DNA of 63,850 bases, filler included, from Nanobdellota archaeon (GCA_003660925.1; 10 parts of 10 records of this genome joined end to end with filler, not necessarily neighbours in it); one strand, 5' to 3'; shown: positions 19,110 through 29,089, counted from the first letter of the whole stretch. A program made the numbers and translations. Notes: generated by a model not told the origin, from the sequence alone.

Positions 19110-19797
19110 CCAGATAAACGTGGACATGTTAATAGCTTACTTGTTATTCATCTTCTTCTTCGCTTTCACCGTCGAATTTTCCCTGGGATTAGTGGATCCC
19201 TTCTCTAATGCCATGGAGAGAAGCAAGGAGAACATGTTGATGGAAAGGGTGATGAGATCCCTTGAAGGAGGCGTATATTATGGAAACATCACCTATCTGT
19301 GTAATGTGAGTGGGGCGAGGAAAGTTTGGATGAAGGTCAAGACTTTGATGATAGATGCCTCTCAATGGGATGGCGAGTACGTGAACGAAACGGGCTTGAT
19401 CATAAGGAGAAAGGGAAATGAACTCATACTCATGATAAACAACATGAGCACCGCAGTGGGGCTCGTCTTTCCGGAAGAGATGGCAGCCACTTGGACGTTC
19501 GTTGCGAATGAAAGTTCAGATGTCATGACTTTTATGAAGGACGAATTCGGAAACGACGTCTTCCAAGTGAAGTTTGGGGGGGAAAACGATTACGATGAAG
19601 TTCGCTTCGATTTCCAGTCCCCGGGTTTCGTGACCCTCTTCCAGATACCTGATCTCACTTACATAGGCGACAGGAACGCCACCATTTATTGTGGGGAGGA
19701 CATAGGGGGGTACAGTGCCTCCATGTCAGGTTACACTAAGCTGGTAAGCGGAGGGGAGGAATCCTTAGCCACGTTTGAGGTGAAGGTTTGGTGGTGA
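19066..19797 (+). CDS. Putative minor pilin (class III signal peptide)
   Basis: RSQ followed by a hydrophobic helix; in pilus operon. Confidence 0.65.
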   Translation: MDTRRLWSNRSWSRSQINVDMLIAYLLFIFFFAFTVEFSLGLVDPFSNAMERSKENMLMERVMRSLEGGVYYGNITYLCNVSGARKVWMKVKTLMIDASQWDGEYVNETGLIIRRKGNELILMINNMSTAVGLVFPEEMAATWTFVANESSDVMTFMKDEFGNDVFQVKFGGENDYDEVRFDFQSPGFVTLFQIPDLTYIGDRNATIYCGEDIGGYSASMSGYTKLVSGGEESLATFEVKVWW

Positions 19798-20822
19798 GGT
19801 CAAAAGGATTTATGAGGACGTTGGAATCCGTGATAGCCATGCTCATAGCAGTAGGAGTTCTATCTTGGGCGACGAATGCTGTCTCTGGATTCAGCTCTTT
19901 CGAGGCCCAGAGGAAAGGAATTGACATGCTCCTGGACTCCCTCATAGACATGGGGATCCTCGGTGATTACTTGGAAAGCTATGACTTCAGGGGTGTGGAA
20001 TCCCTGCTCTACTACACCTTGCCCCAAGGCGTGAGGATGAAGATCGAGTTGAGGAAGTGGACCAGAATAGAAGTGGAGGAGTTGAGTGGGGCGAACGTGA
20101 CGAAGGTGCTCTACTTCACTTATAATTTCCCGGAAGGGACTAACCCCTACTCCATCAAAGTATTGGACGGGAGTTATACGCTCAAGACCAGGGCCAACTG
20201 GGTGTGGTACAGGGTCCCAATAACCATACACGGGAATGGGAGCTCCCTTTCCAACATAACCGTGGAGATAAAAAACATTTCCATCCACGCCGATGATCCT
20301 ATCTCCGACGACTCCTTCGTGTTTTACTACAAGGGGACGCCGGTGGACGTGAAAGTGGAGTGGAGCGGAAACCAGACAGATAGGGTCGTAAACGTAACTA
20401 CTCTCCTCCCATCTCTCGTAGGGTACGAGAAGGCGGGGGCCTATCTCTACTACGCGACAAATGAAACGCTCTGGAGTTCCACTTATGCCAACTTGGCTTC
20501 CCCTATCTCCGTGGATTATGACGTGGGCTTGTGGGAGGAGGCGCCCAGAGCTGACGTACTGTTTGAAGTGAGCTTGACTAAAAATGAGGAGAAGACATTG
20601 TACATGGAATATGGGGTGAACTCTGAGGGTGGAAGCTACCCTCAGATTGATAGGGGGCAGATAAACATGAGCGGTGTAGAGCTCACGGTGTGGGAAAACG
20701 AGTTGAAGGGGGGAAAGGAACCCCTCTTCAAGGAAATGCCAAAAGAAGTGGAGGTCTCAAGCAGGTTCGTCCCAACGGGCAAAGGGGTATTTAGGATAGA
20801 TGTCTACACGTGGTATCCATGA
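19788..20822 (+). CDS. Putative minor pilin/adhesin (class III signal peptide)
   Basis: KG-FMRTLESVIA; sequon-rich beta domain with WYRVPITI (DUF2341-like). Confidence 0.68.
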   Translation: MVVRSKGFMRTLESVIAMLIAVGVLSWATNAVSGFSSFEAQRKGIDMLLDSLIDMGILGDYLESYDFRGVESLLYYTLPQGVRMKIELRKWTRIEVEELSGANVTKVLYFTYNFPEGTNPYSIKVLDGSYTLKTRANWVWYRVPITIHGNGSSLSNITVEIKNISIHADDPISDDSFVFYYKGTPVDVKVEWSGNQTDRVVNVTTLLPSLVGYEKAGAYLYYATNETLWSSTYANLASPISVDYDVGLWEEAPRADVLFEVSLTKNEEKTLYMEYGVNSEGGSYPQIDRGQINMSGVELTVWENELKGGKEPLFKEMPKEVEVSSRFVPTGKGVFRIDVYTWYP

Positions 20823-22017
20823 AGGGACAGTTCTTCATAGTGGCGGCGATCATCATGGTGATAGGTATAGTTAGCGTGGTGAATACCTTAAGCATCCCAA
20901 AAGAGGTGAAGGAGGTAGAGAAAAGTGAGGTGGGATACTTCTTAAAGTCCATAAAGAACACCGTTTTGGACCTCTATGCGAGTTGGCCATATCCTAGGGA
21001 ACACAGGAGGACGATAAAATTAACGAGTTACGGGTGTGACCCTTATGTTGTTTCCGTCAAGACCTTAGTGGACTTCCCAAACGATGTGGACAGCGGCTCC
21101 GTGATCGTGACGAGGGGGTATGAGGTGTTGAGCGATCAGGTCCTTTGGGAGAACCTAGAGGAAAAGATAGGATATGTCGTCTTTCCCTCTTACCTTGGTT
21201 GTGAATCTCAGGAGCTCCAACTTTACTACAACCTTTTAGGAGAGAGTTGGGAGGAGATGGAACCTGGACCTCTCATTTATTACACTAACACTAGTCAGCA
21301 GATAGAAGTTAGAGGGATAGGTTACAAGGTTGTCATAGACAAGACCCAGGGAGGAGCCATAACTCTCATTCAAATGCTTGGGGAACAGGACATGATAACT
21401 AAGGTGGAATCCCTCTACAGGTGTAATGGCACGAGCTACGAACAATACAACTCCAATCCATTAATAGACATCCTCTACTCCGGGCCCGTGTTGCTCGTGG
21501 TCAGGATAAGGGGAAACCACGGGATATCCACGAGGGAAAGCTTCACTCAATACGTTTATTTCTATCCTGAGAGGGTAGAGATAAGAGAAGTGGGGAGCGT
21601 GGCGGAGACTATATACTGTAATCCAAGTCAAGAGCACACTTATGGGCACCTAGTTCAGTTGAGCGGGAGTCCCATCTACACGGAGAACGGTTGGATAGAA
21701 TATAATTATGGAGAGTATGGGCTTGCCATCCTGAAGAATGATAGCTATTTTGAGAGCTTTGACCTCTCCACGACTTACGCTTACCTGAACGCTTGGGATT
21801 CGACGACCATGATTGGAAGCAAAGAATATTGGTTGACCTTGTATCCTCATCCAGGTGGTTCAGAAAAAGTGATGGATTACGATTCCAAACTCAGAAACTT
21901 GGCGGTGGAAGTCGGTGGAGAAGAAAGCAAGGATTCTCTCATGTCTTTGTACAAAAACACGCTTTCCGACTTCATGGGCGGTTTCGGTTATCTCGTGTCT
22001 ATAAGCAGGGAGAGGGA
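20819..22017 (+). CDS. Putative minor pilin/adhesin (3' truncated)
   Basis: MKGQFFIVAAII class III signal. Confidence 0.7.
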
Positions 22018-22117
22018 NNNNNNNNNNNNNNNNNNNNNNNNNNNNNNNNNNNNNNNNNNNNTTAATTAATTAANNNNNNNNNNNNNNNNNNNNNNNNNNN
22101 NNNNNNNNNNNNNNNNN
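22018..22117. other. Artificial contig linker
   Basis: N44-TTAATTAATTAA-N44. Confidence 0.99.
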
Positions 22118-22118
22118 C

Positions 22119-22244
22119 AGGAAAAGGGCGGACGTGGAGAGGATAAGGAAGGCTTTTCCTCAATATAAAGTGGTGGGGATATCCGCCAAGAAGAACATTA
22201 ATATGGATAAACTTTACAAGGCCATGTTTGAGGTGGTGAAGTGA
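22119..22244 (+). CDS. Era-like GTPase (OapA-like), C-terminal fragment (not in ORF track)
   Basis: Manual translation RKRADVERIRKAFPQYKVVGISAKKNINMDKLYKAMFEVVK; SAK G5 motif; precedes DUF2073 and DUF2072. Confidence 0.75.
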   Translation, partial: RKRADVERIRKAFPQYKVVGISAKKNINMDKLYKAMFEVVK

Positions 22245-22612
22245 TATCCATAACCTTCATCCCCTTGGAGAAGTTTAACGAGATGAAGCTGGAGGATAAA
22301 GTGGACATGATCATAGAAAAGAGCAAGAAGGACGAGATCATTATCATAGAAGGAATCCTGAAGCCAGAGGAGGAAATGGAGCTGATAAAGAAAACCATGG
22401 AGAACATCTCCAGGATATTCAGGGGGATAGAGATAGAATCCCTGACCGCAGAGGAGTTGAAGGGAGGTTACAAGAATTTGATGGAGAAGTTGAGGAGCAA
22501 GGCATTAGATGCCCTGATGGGGAGGAAGAGAGGGATAACCGTGATAGGGCCAGCCACCATAGTCAAGAAGATAAAGAAGAATCCCGGGAACATCTCCCTC
22601 TGGACGAAGTGA
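22241..22612 (+). CDS. DUF2073 family protein (OapB-like)
   Basis: EGILKPEEE.ELI..TM, F.GIEI, GITVIGPA. Confidence 0.88.
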   Translation: MISITFIPLEKFNEMKLEDKVDMIIEKSKKDEIIIIEGILKPEEEMELIKKTMENISRIFRGIEIESLTAEELKGGYKNLMEKLRSKALDALMGRKRGITVIGPATIVKKIKKNPGNISLWTK

Positions 22613-22616
22613 TGTT

Positions 22617-22976
22617 ATGCCCCACATATGCGTGAGATGCGGGAGGGAATATCCGGACGGTGCCAAGGAGTTGTTGGAAGGTTGCCCTTGTGGGAGTCAC
22701 TTCTTCTACTATGTTAGGGAGGGGAACTTGGAGAAGTGGAGGAAGCAAGTTCCAAGGATGACGAAGGAGGAAGCGAAGCAGGTAGAGAGAGACATAAAGA
22801 GCATAATAGGGTTGAAGGAGACCGAAGAAGTGCCCATAATCTTAGACATAGAGACCATAAGGGTGGAGAAGCCCGGAAAATACCTAATAGACCTCACTAA
22901 GCTCTTCTCTGGAGAAAGGCCTGTGATATACAAGATAAGGGATGGAAAGTACTACATCGACTTGTCCTCCTTGTGA
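22617..22976 (+). CDS. Zn-ribbon DUF2072 family protein (OapC-like)
   Basis: MPHICVRCG, GCPCG..FFY, ETIRV..PGKY.IDL, GKYYIDL. Confidence 0.9.
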   Translation: MPHICVRCGREYPDGAKELLEGCPCGSHFFYYVREGNLEKWRKQVPRMTKEEAKQVERDIKSIIGLKETEEVPIILDIETIRVEKPGKYLIDLTKLFSGERPVIYKIRDGKYYIDLSSL

Positions 22977-23009
22977 AGGTTTTTAAAACTTAATCTCTTT
23001 TCTCCATCA

Positions 23010-23609
23010 ATGAGGAGCTACAGGCCGAATCACGAGAAGATGTACAGGAATCTACTCAAAAAATACAGGGAAAAGTTGGGAGAGGTGAGTGTGGAAGATT
23101 CCTACGTGCTCCTTTATGAGATCGTGAACAACTTGGCGAGCAAGTTTAAGAGTGGAAATGTGGAGATCAAAATTTTTGGGGACCCGGAGGAAAAGATATG
23201 GGTGGAAATCGCCTCGCCCACTTTCCCCTTTGGCAGGGGATACAGGCAAGCCAGGAGGTATGGCTTCTCCAGGAGGAAGGGGAGGAACCCGTGGTCCCGA
23301 AACGCTCACTACATCCAGACGGTTGCTTTCCTCTCGGCCTTGGAGGTGCTCTTGAGGGGAAAGGAATTGCACACAGGGAAATTCAGATACGTGTTCGACG
23401 AGGTTTTCCCTAATCTGAGAGGCTCTTTTGTTACTAGGGGAGTGAGGAGCCTCTTAGAGAGGAAACTGGAGTTCGTCGAGTATGATAGGGTAAGTGACAT
23501 AGCGAGATTGAAAGAAGGGGTCAGAGTGAAGGTGATGTCAACGCTTCCAGAACCTCAGAGAGTTAAGCTTCCAAGACACTTAAAGCTGGAGGCGATCATC
23601 TCCACATGA
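23010..23609 (+). CDS. Hypothetical protein
   Basis: 199-aa ORF, TATA 22 nt upstream, stop overlaps next start. Confidence 0.65.
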   Translation: MRSYRPNHEKMYRNLLKKYREKLGEVSVEDSYVLLYEIVNNLASKFKSGNVEIKIFGDPEEKIWVEIASPTFPFGRGYRQARRYGFSRRKGRNPWSRNAHYIQTVAFLSALEVLLRGKELHTGKFRYVFDEVFPNLRGSFVTRGVRSLLERKLEFVEYDRVSDIARLKEGVRVKVMSTLPEPQRVKLPRHLKLEAIIST

Positions 23610-24292
23610 AGTGCTTTGTGGGGACGTCTGGTTGGTATTACAGTTGGAACGAGGGGATGAGCCTCGATTGGTACGTGGAGAACTCTGGGTTAAACGCGGT
23701 CGAACTGAACGCGAGTTTTTACAGGTTCCCCTACCCGAATCAGGTAAAGGGATGGGCGAAGAAAGGAAAGTTGAGGTGGGCGATAAAGGTCTCGAGGCTG
23801 ATAACCCATGTTCACAAGCTCAATCAGGAAGCCTTCAGGCTTTGGAAGAGGTTCAGCCAGTTGTTTGAACCCTTAAATTCCAAAATAGACTTTTTCCTCC
23901 TTCAGCTTCCTCCTTCCGTTAAGCCAACCCTTTGGAGGAGGATAGAGAGTTTCGTGCAGAGAAGCAAAGAGGAGAGGTTTGCCATAGAGTTCAGGAACAA
24001 GGAATGGTTCCAAGATAAATGGGTGGAAAGGGTGAACGAAATAGGAACCTTCGTCAGTGTGGACTCGCCAGAGGAAAGGTTCATAACTTCTTCTAGGGGG
24101 AGGATCTATCTCCGCATGCATGGGAGAAGTGTGTGGTACTCTCATAACTACTCGGACGAAGAGTTGAGAGAAGTCATCAAGAGGATAAGGGGCTTGAAAC
24201 CAAAAAAGGTTTACGTCTTCTTCAATAACGACCACGACATGCTAAACAATGCCAGAAGGATGAAGGAGATGTTGAGTGGAGAAAAGGGTTGA
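23606..24292 (+). CDS. DUF72 (YecE-like) family protein
   Basis: VGTSGW, VELNASFY, LLQLPPS, IEFR, YLRMHG, YVFFNN. Confidence 0.93.
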   Translation: MKCFVGTSGWYYSWNEGMSLDWYVENSGLNAVELNASFYRFPYPNQVKGWAKKGKLRWAIKVSRLITHVHKLNQEAFRLWKRFSQLFEPLNSKIDFFLLQLPPSVKPTLWRRIESFVQRSKEERFAIEFRNKEWFQDKWVERVNEIGTFVSVDSPEERFITSSRGRIYLRMHGRSVWYSHNYSDEELREVIKRIRGLKPKKVYVFFNNDHDMLNNARRMKEMLSGEKG

Positions 24293-24872
24293 ATTCAGGA
24301 ACGAGAAGGGGGAGAAGTTGGTTGGGGTACTTCACGTTCCGGAGAAGGAAGAGGGAGAAGGGATAATTCTCGTCCACGGATACACGGGGAACAAGGACGA
24401 ACATGGCTTTTTCGTGAACTTAGCCAGGAGGTTGTGCGAAAGGGGTTTTCTGGTCCTTCGCTTCGACTTCTCGGGGCACGGGGAGAGCGAGGGACACTTC
24501 GATGGGATCGAGAAGGAGGTGAAAGAGTTAAGGAGGGCGATGAAATTCGTGGGGAAGAAGAGGCTTATTTTAATAGGGTTAAGTCTTGGGGCGGTAGTGT
24601 CCGTGCTCGCCTGGAGCAAGAGAGTAGTGAAGTTAATCCTACTTAATCCCGGCACGTACATCCCAGAGGTGAGAAGGGTGAAGTGTCCCATTCTCATCAT
24701 CCAAGGTGGGGGAGATGACCCCTCAAATGTTCAGGACTCAAAGAAGACGTACGAAGCGTCAAGAGGGCCGAAGAGATACGTGGAGGTGCCTGGGGCCGGG
24801 CACGTGGTCGTGGACCCCCTTCACCAATCTCAATTCATAGGGGAGATCATCAACTTCATAACTTTTAAATAA
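24276..24872 (+). CDS. Compact alpha/beta hydrolase
   Basis: HGYTG, FDFSGHGESEG, GLSLG nucleophile elbow, GAGH. Confidence 0.88.
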   Translation: MEKRVEFRNEKGEKLVGVLHVPEKEEGEGIILVHGYTGNKDEHGFFVNLARRLCERGFLVLRFDFSGHGESEGHFDGIEKEVKELRRAMKFVGKKRLILIGLSLGAVVSVLAWSKRVVKLILLNPGTYIPEVRRVKCPILIIQGGGDDPSNVQDSKKTYEASRGPKRYVEVPGAGHVVVDPLHQSQFIGEIINFITFK

Positions 24873-26495
24873 GTGAGAGGAAGAGAAAGACACATGCGAC
24901 TTGCCCTGGCCAGCATGTTCACCTTGGGCCTCCTGTTCGCCTTCTTGCTTTCCATCCTCGCTGGCATATCTTATTTCGTTGGAATAATCGATGTGTACTT
25001 CCTCTTGGCCTTCGTACTTGTGATAAACTTCCTGACGTGGTTGCTTGGCCCCTATGTTCAAGACATTGTCCTGAGCATGTTCTATCGGATGAGGTGGGTG
25101 AGGCTGGAAGAGCTGGACGAGGAACTCGCTAAGTTCGTGAAAGGGGTCTGCGAGAAGCACAAGATGAAGCCTCCCAGGTTTGGTTTCATAGACGATGATA
25201 ATCCTCAGGCGTTCACTTATGGGAGTGCTGCCTTTAATGCCAGGGTCATCTTAACTAGGGGGATCTTTACCTACTTAAATGAGGAGGAAAGGAAGGCTGT
25301 AGTGGCCCACGAGTTGGGACACATACACAACAGAGATTTCATCATCATGAGTATGGCCAACACCATCCTCCAACTCCTCTACGAGTTCTACGTGATCTTC
25401 ACTCGCATGGAGAGGAGGGGGAAAGAGGAAAGAAAGGACGTGCTCTTCATCATCGGGGTCATCTCTTACATCTTTTACATGCTGGGCTCCTACGTCCTCC
25501 TTTACCTGAGCAGGTTAAGGGAGTATTACGCGGACGAATTCTCCTCGAGACAACTGGACGGAAACTACTTGGCTACAGCCCTTATAAAAATAGCTTATGG
25601 GGTCATCGCGAGGCCAGAGGACAAGAGGAGTTCAAGGTTACTGAGGGCGACGAGGAGCATGGGAATCCTGGACTTCAAGGCTGCCAAGGGCGTGGGAATG
25701 GCCTATTACCAGGCAAAAAAGCTGAAGGACTGGAACGTGTTGAAGAGGGTCTTCCTCTATGACCTACATAGTCCTTGGGCCTTCCTCTTGGAATTGAGTT
25801 CTACCCATCCCCTAACGGGAAAGAGAGTGATTAAACTCTTAGAGAGATCAAAACACCCTATCTTCGACCCGAAAGAGTTGAAAAGGTTTAAGATAGACAG
25901 GAGCAAGCTCTATGGGAACTTCTTGTTGGACGTCCTCGTGAATTTTTCCTTCCTGCTCTTCTTTCCCCTCTTTCTCATTTCCTTCTACCTCTCGCTGGGC
26001 TTTCTCTCACTCTCACATGTCTTTGCCTCTATCTTTCTCGCGTTGGGACTCTCTGGCCTCTTAAAGGCCTTTTATAGGTATCCCGAAGGGGAGTTCGAGA
26101 AGAGCGATGTCTTAGAACAACTAAGGGACGTATACGCTTCCCCTGTGAGGGGAAAACCCATCACGCTGGAAGGAAAGATCGTGGGGAGAGGGGTTCCGGG
26201 CTTAATCTTTTCAGAGGACATGCTGTTCGCGGATGAGACAGGGCTGATAACTCTCAACTATGAGGGCTTCCTCCCCTTGTTCAGCAACTTAATATTCGCC
26301 TTTTTCAAGTTAGATAACTTGGTAGGAAGGAAATGCGAGCTGAGAGGGTGGTTCTTAAGGGGGATGTATGCTAGGGTGGAGCTGAAAGAGGTAAAAGTGG
26401 AGGGGGAAAGGATACAGAGTTATAACAAGTTCTGGGCGGTTTTGGGTTCCCTCTTGTTCCTCCTCTTAGGGGTCACCCTGGCGTTCGTGTGGTAG
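24873..26495 (+). CDS. htpX: HtpX-like M48 zinc metalloprotease with C-terminal TM/OB-fold extension
   Basis: PQAFTYG, HELGH, SRLREYYAD, STHP...R. Confidence 0.88.
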   Translation: MRGRERHMRLALASMFTLGLLFAFLLSILAGISYFVGIIDVYFLLAFVLVINFLTWLLGPYVQDIVLSMFYRMRWVRLEELDEELAKFVKGVCEKHKMKPPRFGFIDDDNPQAFTYGSAAFNARVILTRGIFTYLNEEERKAVVAHELGHIHNRDFIIMSMANTILQLLYEFYVIFTRMERRGKEERKDVLFIIGVISYIFYMLGSYVLLYLSRLREYYADEFSSRQLDGNYLATALIKIAYGVIARPEDKRSSRLLRATRSMGILDFKAAKGVGMAYYQAKKLKDWNVLKRVFLYDLHSPWAFLLELSSTHPLTGKRVIKLLERSKHPIFDPKELKRFKIDRSKLYGNFLLDVLVNFSFLLFFPLFLISFYLSLGFLSLSHVFASIFLALGLSGLLKAFYRYPEGEFEKSDVLEQLRDVYASPVRGKPITLEGKIVGRGVPGLIFSEDMLFADETGLITLNYEGFLPLFSNLIFAFFKLDNLVGRKCELRGWFLRGMYARVELKEVKVEGERIQSYNKFWAVLGSLLFLLLGVTLAFVW

Positions 26496-27223
26496 AGATG
26501 AAAATCATTTCAATAAGAAAAGTGAAGAGCCCCCACATATCCGTAGTAGTCCCCACGTTAAATGAGGAGAGATACATAGAGAAGTGTTTGTCCTCTTTGA
26601 GGAGACAGGATTTCGACGGGAGATACGAGATCATTGTCAGTGACGGTTACAGCCAAGACAAAACGCTGGATATAGCTAAGAAATACGCTGACAAGATAGT
26701 CCTCACGAGGAAGAGAGGGGCAGGGGCTGGAAGGAACGCTGGAGCGAAGGTTTCTAGGGGGAAGATCCTAGTGTTCATCGATGCCGATACTGTGGTACCG
26801 AACAACCTCCTCTCTAAGTGCTTTGAGCTCTTCAAAGACGAGAGGGTCATAGGGGCAACCTGTTACGTGCTCCTGGATGACGAAAAGTACTGGCTCGGGG
26901 GGAGAGTAGTGAACAACCTGAACAGATTGCTATTAAGGCTGAAGGTGGGCATCCTCCCCGGGATCTGTACCATTATTCGGAGAGAGGTCTTCTTTAAGGT
27001 GGGAGGCTATAATGAAGATATCTGGCCATGCGAGGATGTCAACTTCTCGTTCAAGCTAAGGAAGGTGGAAGGAAAGTTGGCTCAACTCAGGGACGTGAAG
27101 GTCTTCACCTCTGCTAGGAGAGCAAAGGCCAACGGACTGCTTAGGTCCCTCTGGATGTGGCCCTTTGGCTATTATTTGGCCCGATTAGTCGGGAAGGAGA
27201 TCCAATATGATGTCGTGAGGTGA
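26489..27223 (+). CDS. Family 2 glycosyltransferase
   Basis: SVVVPTLNEE, DGYSQD, RNAGA, DAD, GGY...ED. Confidence 0.92.
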   Translation: MVEMKIISIRKVKSPHISVVVPTLNEERYIEKCLSSLRRQDFDGRYEIIVSDGYSQDKTLDIAKKYADKIVLTRKRGAGAGRNAGAKVSRGKILVFIDADTVVPNNLLSKCFELFKDERVIGATCYVLLDDEKYWLGGRVVNNLNRLLLRLKVGILPGICTIIRREVFFKVGGYNEDIWPCEDVNFSFKLRKVEGKLAQLRDVKVFTSARRAKANGLLRSLWMWPFGYYLARLVGKEIQYDVVR

Positions 27224-27607
27224 TCAGAGCTCTATCACTTCTAGTTTTACCCCGGACTCAGAACAGGCCTTTTCTAGGACTTTATGATATGGTCTCCACC
27301 CCTTGAACTTCTCCTTGTCTTTGGCGAAGAAGACGACATGAGTTATGCCTTGAGACTTTAGTTGTCTTTTCACCACCTCTATCATGTCGTCCACCATGGG
27401 AGGAAGTAGTTTCTGGTCGTACCATGGGATCCGATCCTCTGGCCTCAGGAGACCAAATTTCCCTGAAAGTATCCTGAAACCCACCCCATCCCTCTTGCTC
27501 AACTCGTAAACGCGCCTTATCCTCTTGCTGATGTATCTCTCGATGGCTGGAAGGAGCCCTTCATCCCTCCTTTTCTCCTTACAACATATGGTGCAGTATA
27601 TCTTCAC
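27224..27607 (-). CDS. DUF6884-like protein
   Basis: CCKEK...PAIERY.S...ILSGKFGLL.P...I..YD. Confidence 0.7.
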   Translation of the reverse strand: MKIYCTICCKEKRRDEGLLPAIERYISKRIRRVYELSKRDGVGFRILSGKFGLLRPEDRIPWYDQKLLPPMVDDMIEVVKRQLKSQGITHVVFFAKDKEKFKGWRPYHKVLEKACSESGVKLEVIEL

Positions 27608-28335
27608 TTTAACCTCACCTTCACGATGAAGATCGCCTCAGACTCCGGTTCGGGAAGATATCCGGGCCAAGGATTCAAGGGAGGGAGATCCATAAGTTCC
27701 CCGAGGACGATGCCCTCTACCTCTTTCTTTAACCCGTTAAAGCACCTCTCAAGTAGCTTCTCCAGTTCTCCTTTTCCGAACACCCTTTTAGGGGGAGTCA
27801 CTCCGTATTGAAAGATGATCTTTCCGTCCTTCTCCTCTAGGCTCGCTCCCTTGATCACGTGACCTGGATAGGCTGGCAAGGAGAAAATGACACTATTTTT
27901 CCCTACCCTCTTACACTCCGACAAGGCGTCCTCTAGACCATTCACTAAATATTGGAATGTTTCTGAGGAGATGATGGGCATAATCTTGTCTCGAAAGGGG
28001 AGTTTTCTAGCATCGGCTAGGACGAGTTCCACCTTTTTTTCCCTCCTAGCCTTCTTAATGGTCTCAGGGGAGCGTGTAGTCCCTATCACGTTCTTTCTCC
28101 TCTCTCGGAGTTCTTTGATAGTCTCTTTCGCGTTCCTGAGGGCGGGGAGGGAGAGGTCCACTCCTACGAAGAAGAGGTCCTTCTTCAAGTCCTCTAAGTA
28201 GAACATATCCCCACAACCCACATCGCACACCCTTTCCCCGTCCCTGAACTCCTTTAGCACCTTAGGGTAGAAATATTCCCCTCTAATTTCGTACCTATAC
28301 CTTTGGTGTAACTCTTCCCACACCTTCGCGCCCAT
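27604..28335 (-). CDS. Class I SAM-dependent methyltransferase
   Basis: VCDVGCG, GVDLS, ADARKLPF, L.ECKRV. Confidence 0.85.
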   Translation of the reverse strand: MGAKVWEELHQRYRYEIRGEYFYPKVLKEFRDGERVCDVGCGDMFYLEDLKKDLFFVGVDLSLPALRNAKETIKELRERRKNVIGTTRSPETIKKARREKKVELVLADARKLPFRDKIMPIISSETFQYLVNGLEDALSECKRVGKNSVIFSLPAYPGHVIKGASLEEKDGKIIFQYGVTPPKRVFGKGELEKLLERCFNGLKKEVEGIVLGELMDLPPLNPWPGYLPEPESEAIFIVKVRLK

Positions 28336-28366
28336 GAGAAGAGATGGAAAATGGCTTTTAAATGTT

Positions 28367-28948
28367 TCAGCTCCAGAGGGTGGTCTCTACCTCCCTCACC
28401 CTCCTCTTCATCCTCACATTTCTCTTTATCAGATCGTACCAGAGATATGTCCTTCCCTCTTCCTCCCACTTCTCGTATTGTCTCAAGGCCTCCTCCAAGT
28501 TGGAGACCTTCCAAGAAAAGGGCTCTTTCTCCTCGAACTTCCCGACACGGGGATCAAAATATTCGGTGTGCGGCTTCAGCTCATCCACGGAAGATAGGAT
28601 GATGTGGAGGGTCTCCATATCATTACCCCCTCCAGAACATTTGTATGCCTCCTCTGCCCCTTCCACGCTCCTCCTAAGCAAATTCGTGAGGACCTTACAC
28701 AACCTGCTCCTGGCAGCGAACTCGAGTTCTGGGTCAATTTCACCCCCTTCGTACTTGTTTAAGAGCTCTTCCAGCAATTCTTTAGCCCTTCCTTTCTTAA
28801 CCACATTCGTCAGGGCATATTTTATCTTTTCCCTCGTCAGGAGCACATAGGGGAGATCTAGTTCCCTCAAGTAGGTGTGGAGTTCTTTCAGGAGGACTGG
28901 AGGGACAGGCGCTGAAGATAGCTTCAAGAGCACTTTCTTCTTCAACAC
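28367..28948 (-). CDS. Hypothetical protein
   Basis: 193-aa ORF with genome-typical composition; SD-like and TATA-like elements upstream. Confidence 0.6.
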   Translation of the reverse strand: MLKKKVLLKLSSAPVPPVLLKELHTYLRELDLPYVLLTREKIKYALTNVVKKGRAKELLEELLNKYEGGEIDPELEFAARSRLCKVLTNLLRRSVEGAEEAYKCSGGGNDMETLHIILSSVDELKPHTEYFDPRVGKFEEKEPFSWKVSNLEEALRQYEKWEEEGRTYLWYDLIKRNVRMKRRVREVETTLWS

Positions 28949-29025
28949 TCTCCCTCAGCTAGTACTAAGACCCGAGATTATTTAAGAATTCTTACGCCAG
29001 GATTATTGTTTTTTGGTAGAGAAAA

Positions 29026-29089
29026 CGCCGGGGGTGGACCGGACTTCCGCCGTCGGACGCCCAAGGCCCTTGAACCCTTGCTGAGGTTA
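29026..29089 (-). ncRNA. 3' end of a probable structural RNA, possibly SRP (7S) RNA; truncated by contig end
   Basis: GC-rich non-coding stretch ending GGCGGAAGUCCGGUCCACCCCCGGCG, then UUUUCUCU; loosely recalls archaeal SRP RNA 3' ends. Confidence 0.35.

Noticed and set aside
29026..29089. tRNA, with or without an intron, on the minus strand (GGTTCAA present)
   Set aside because: The T-stem cannot close canonically and no acceptor-stem geometry follows
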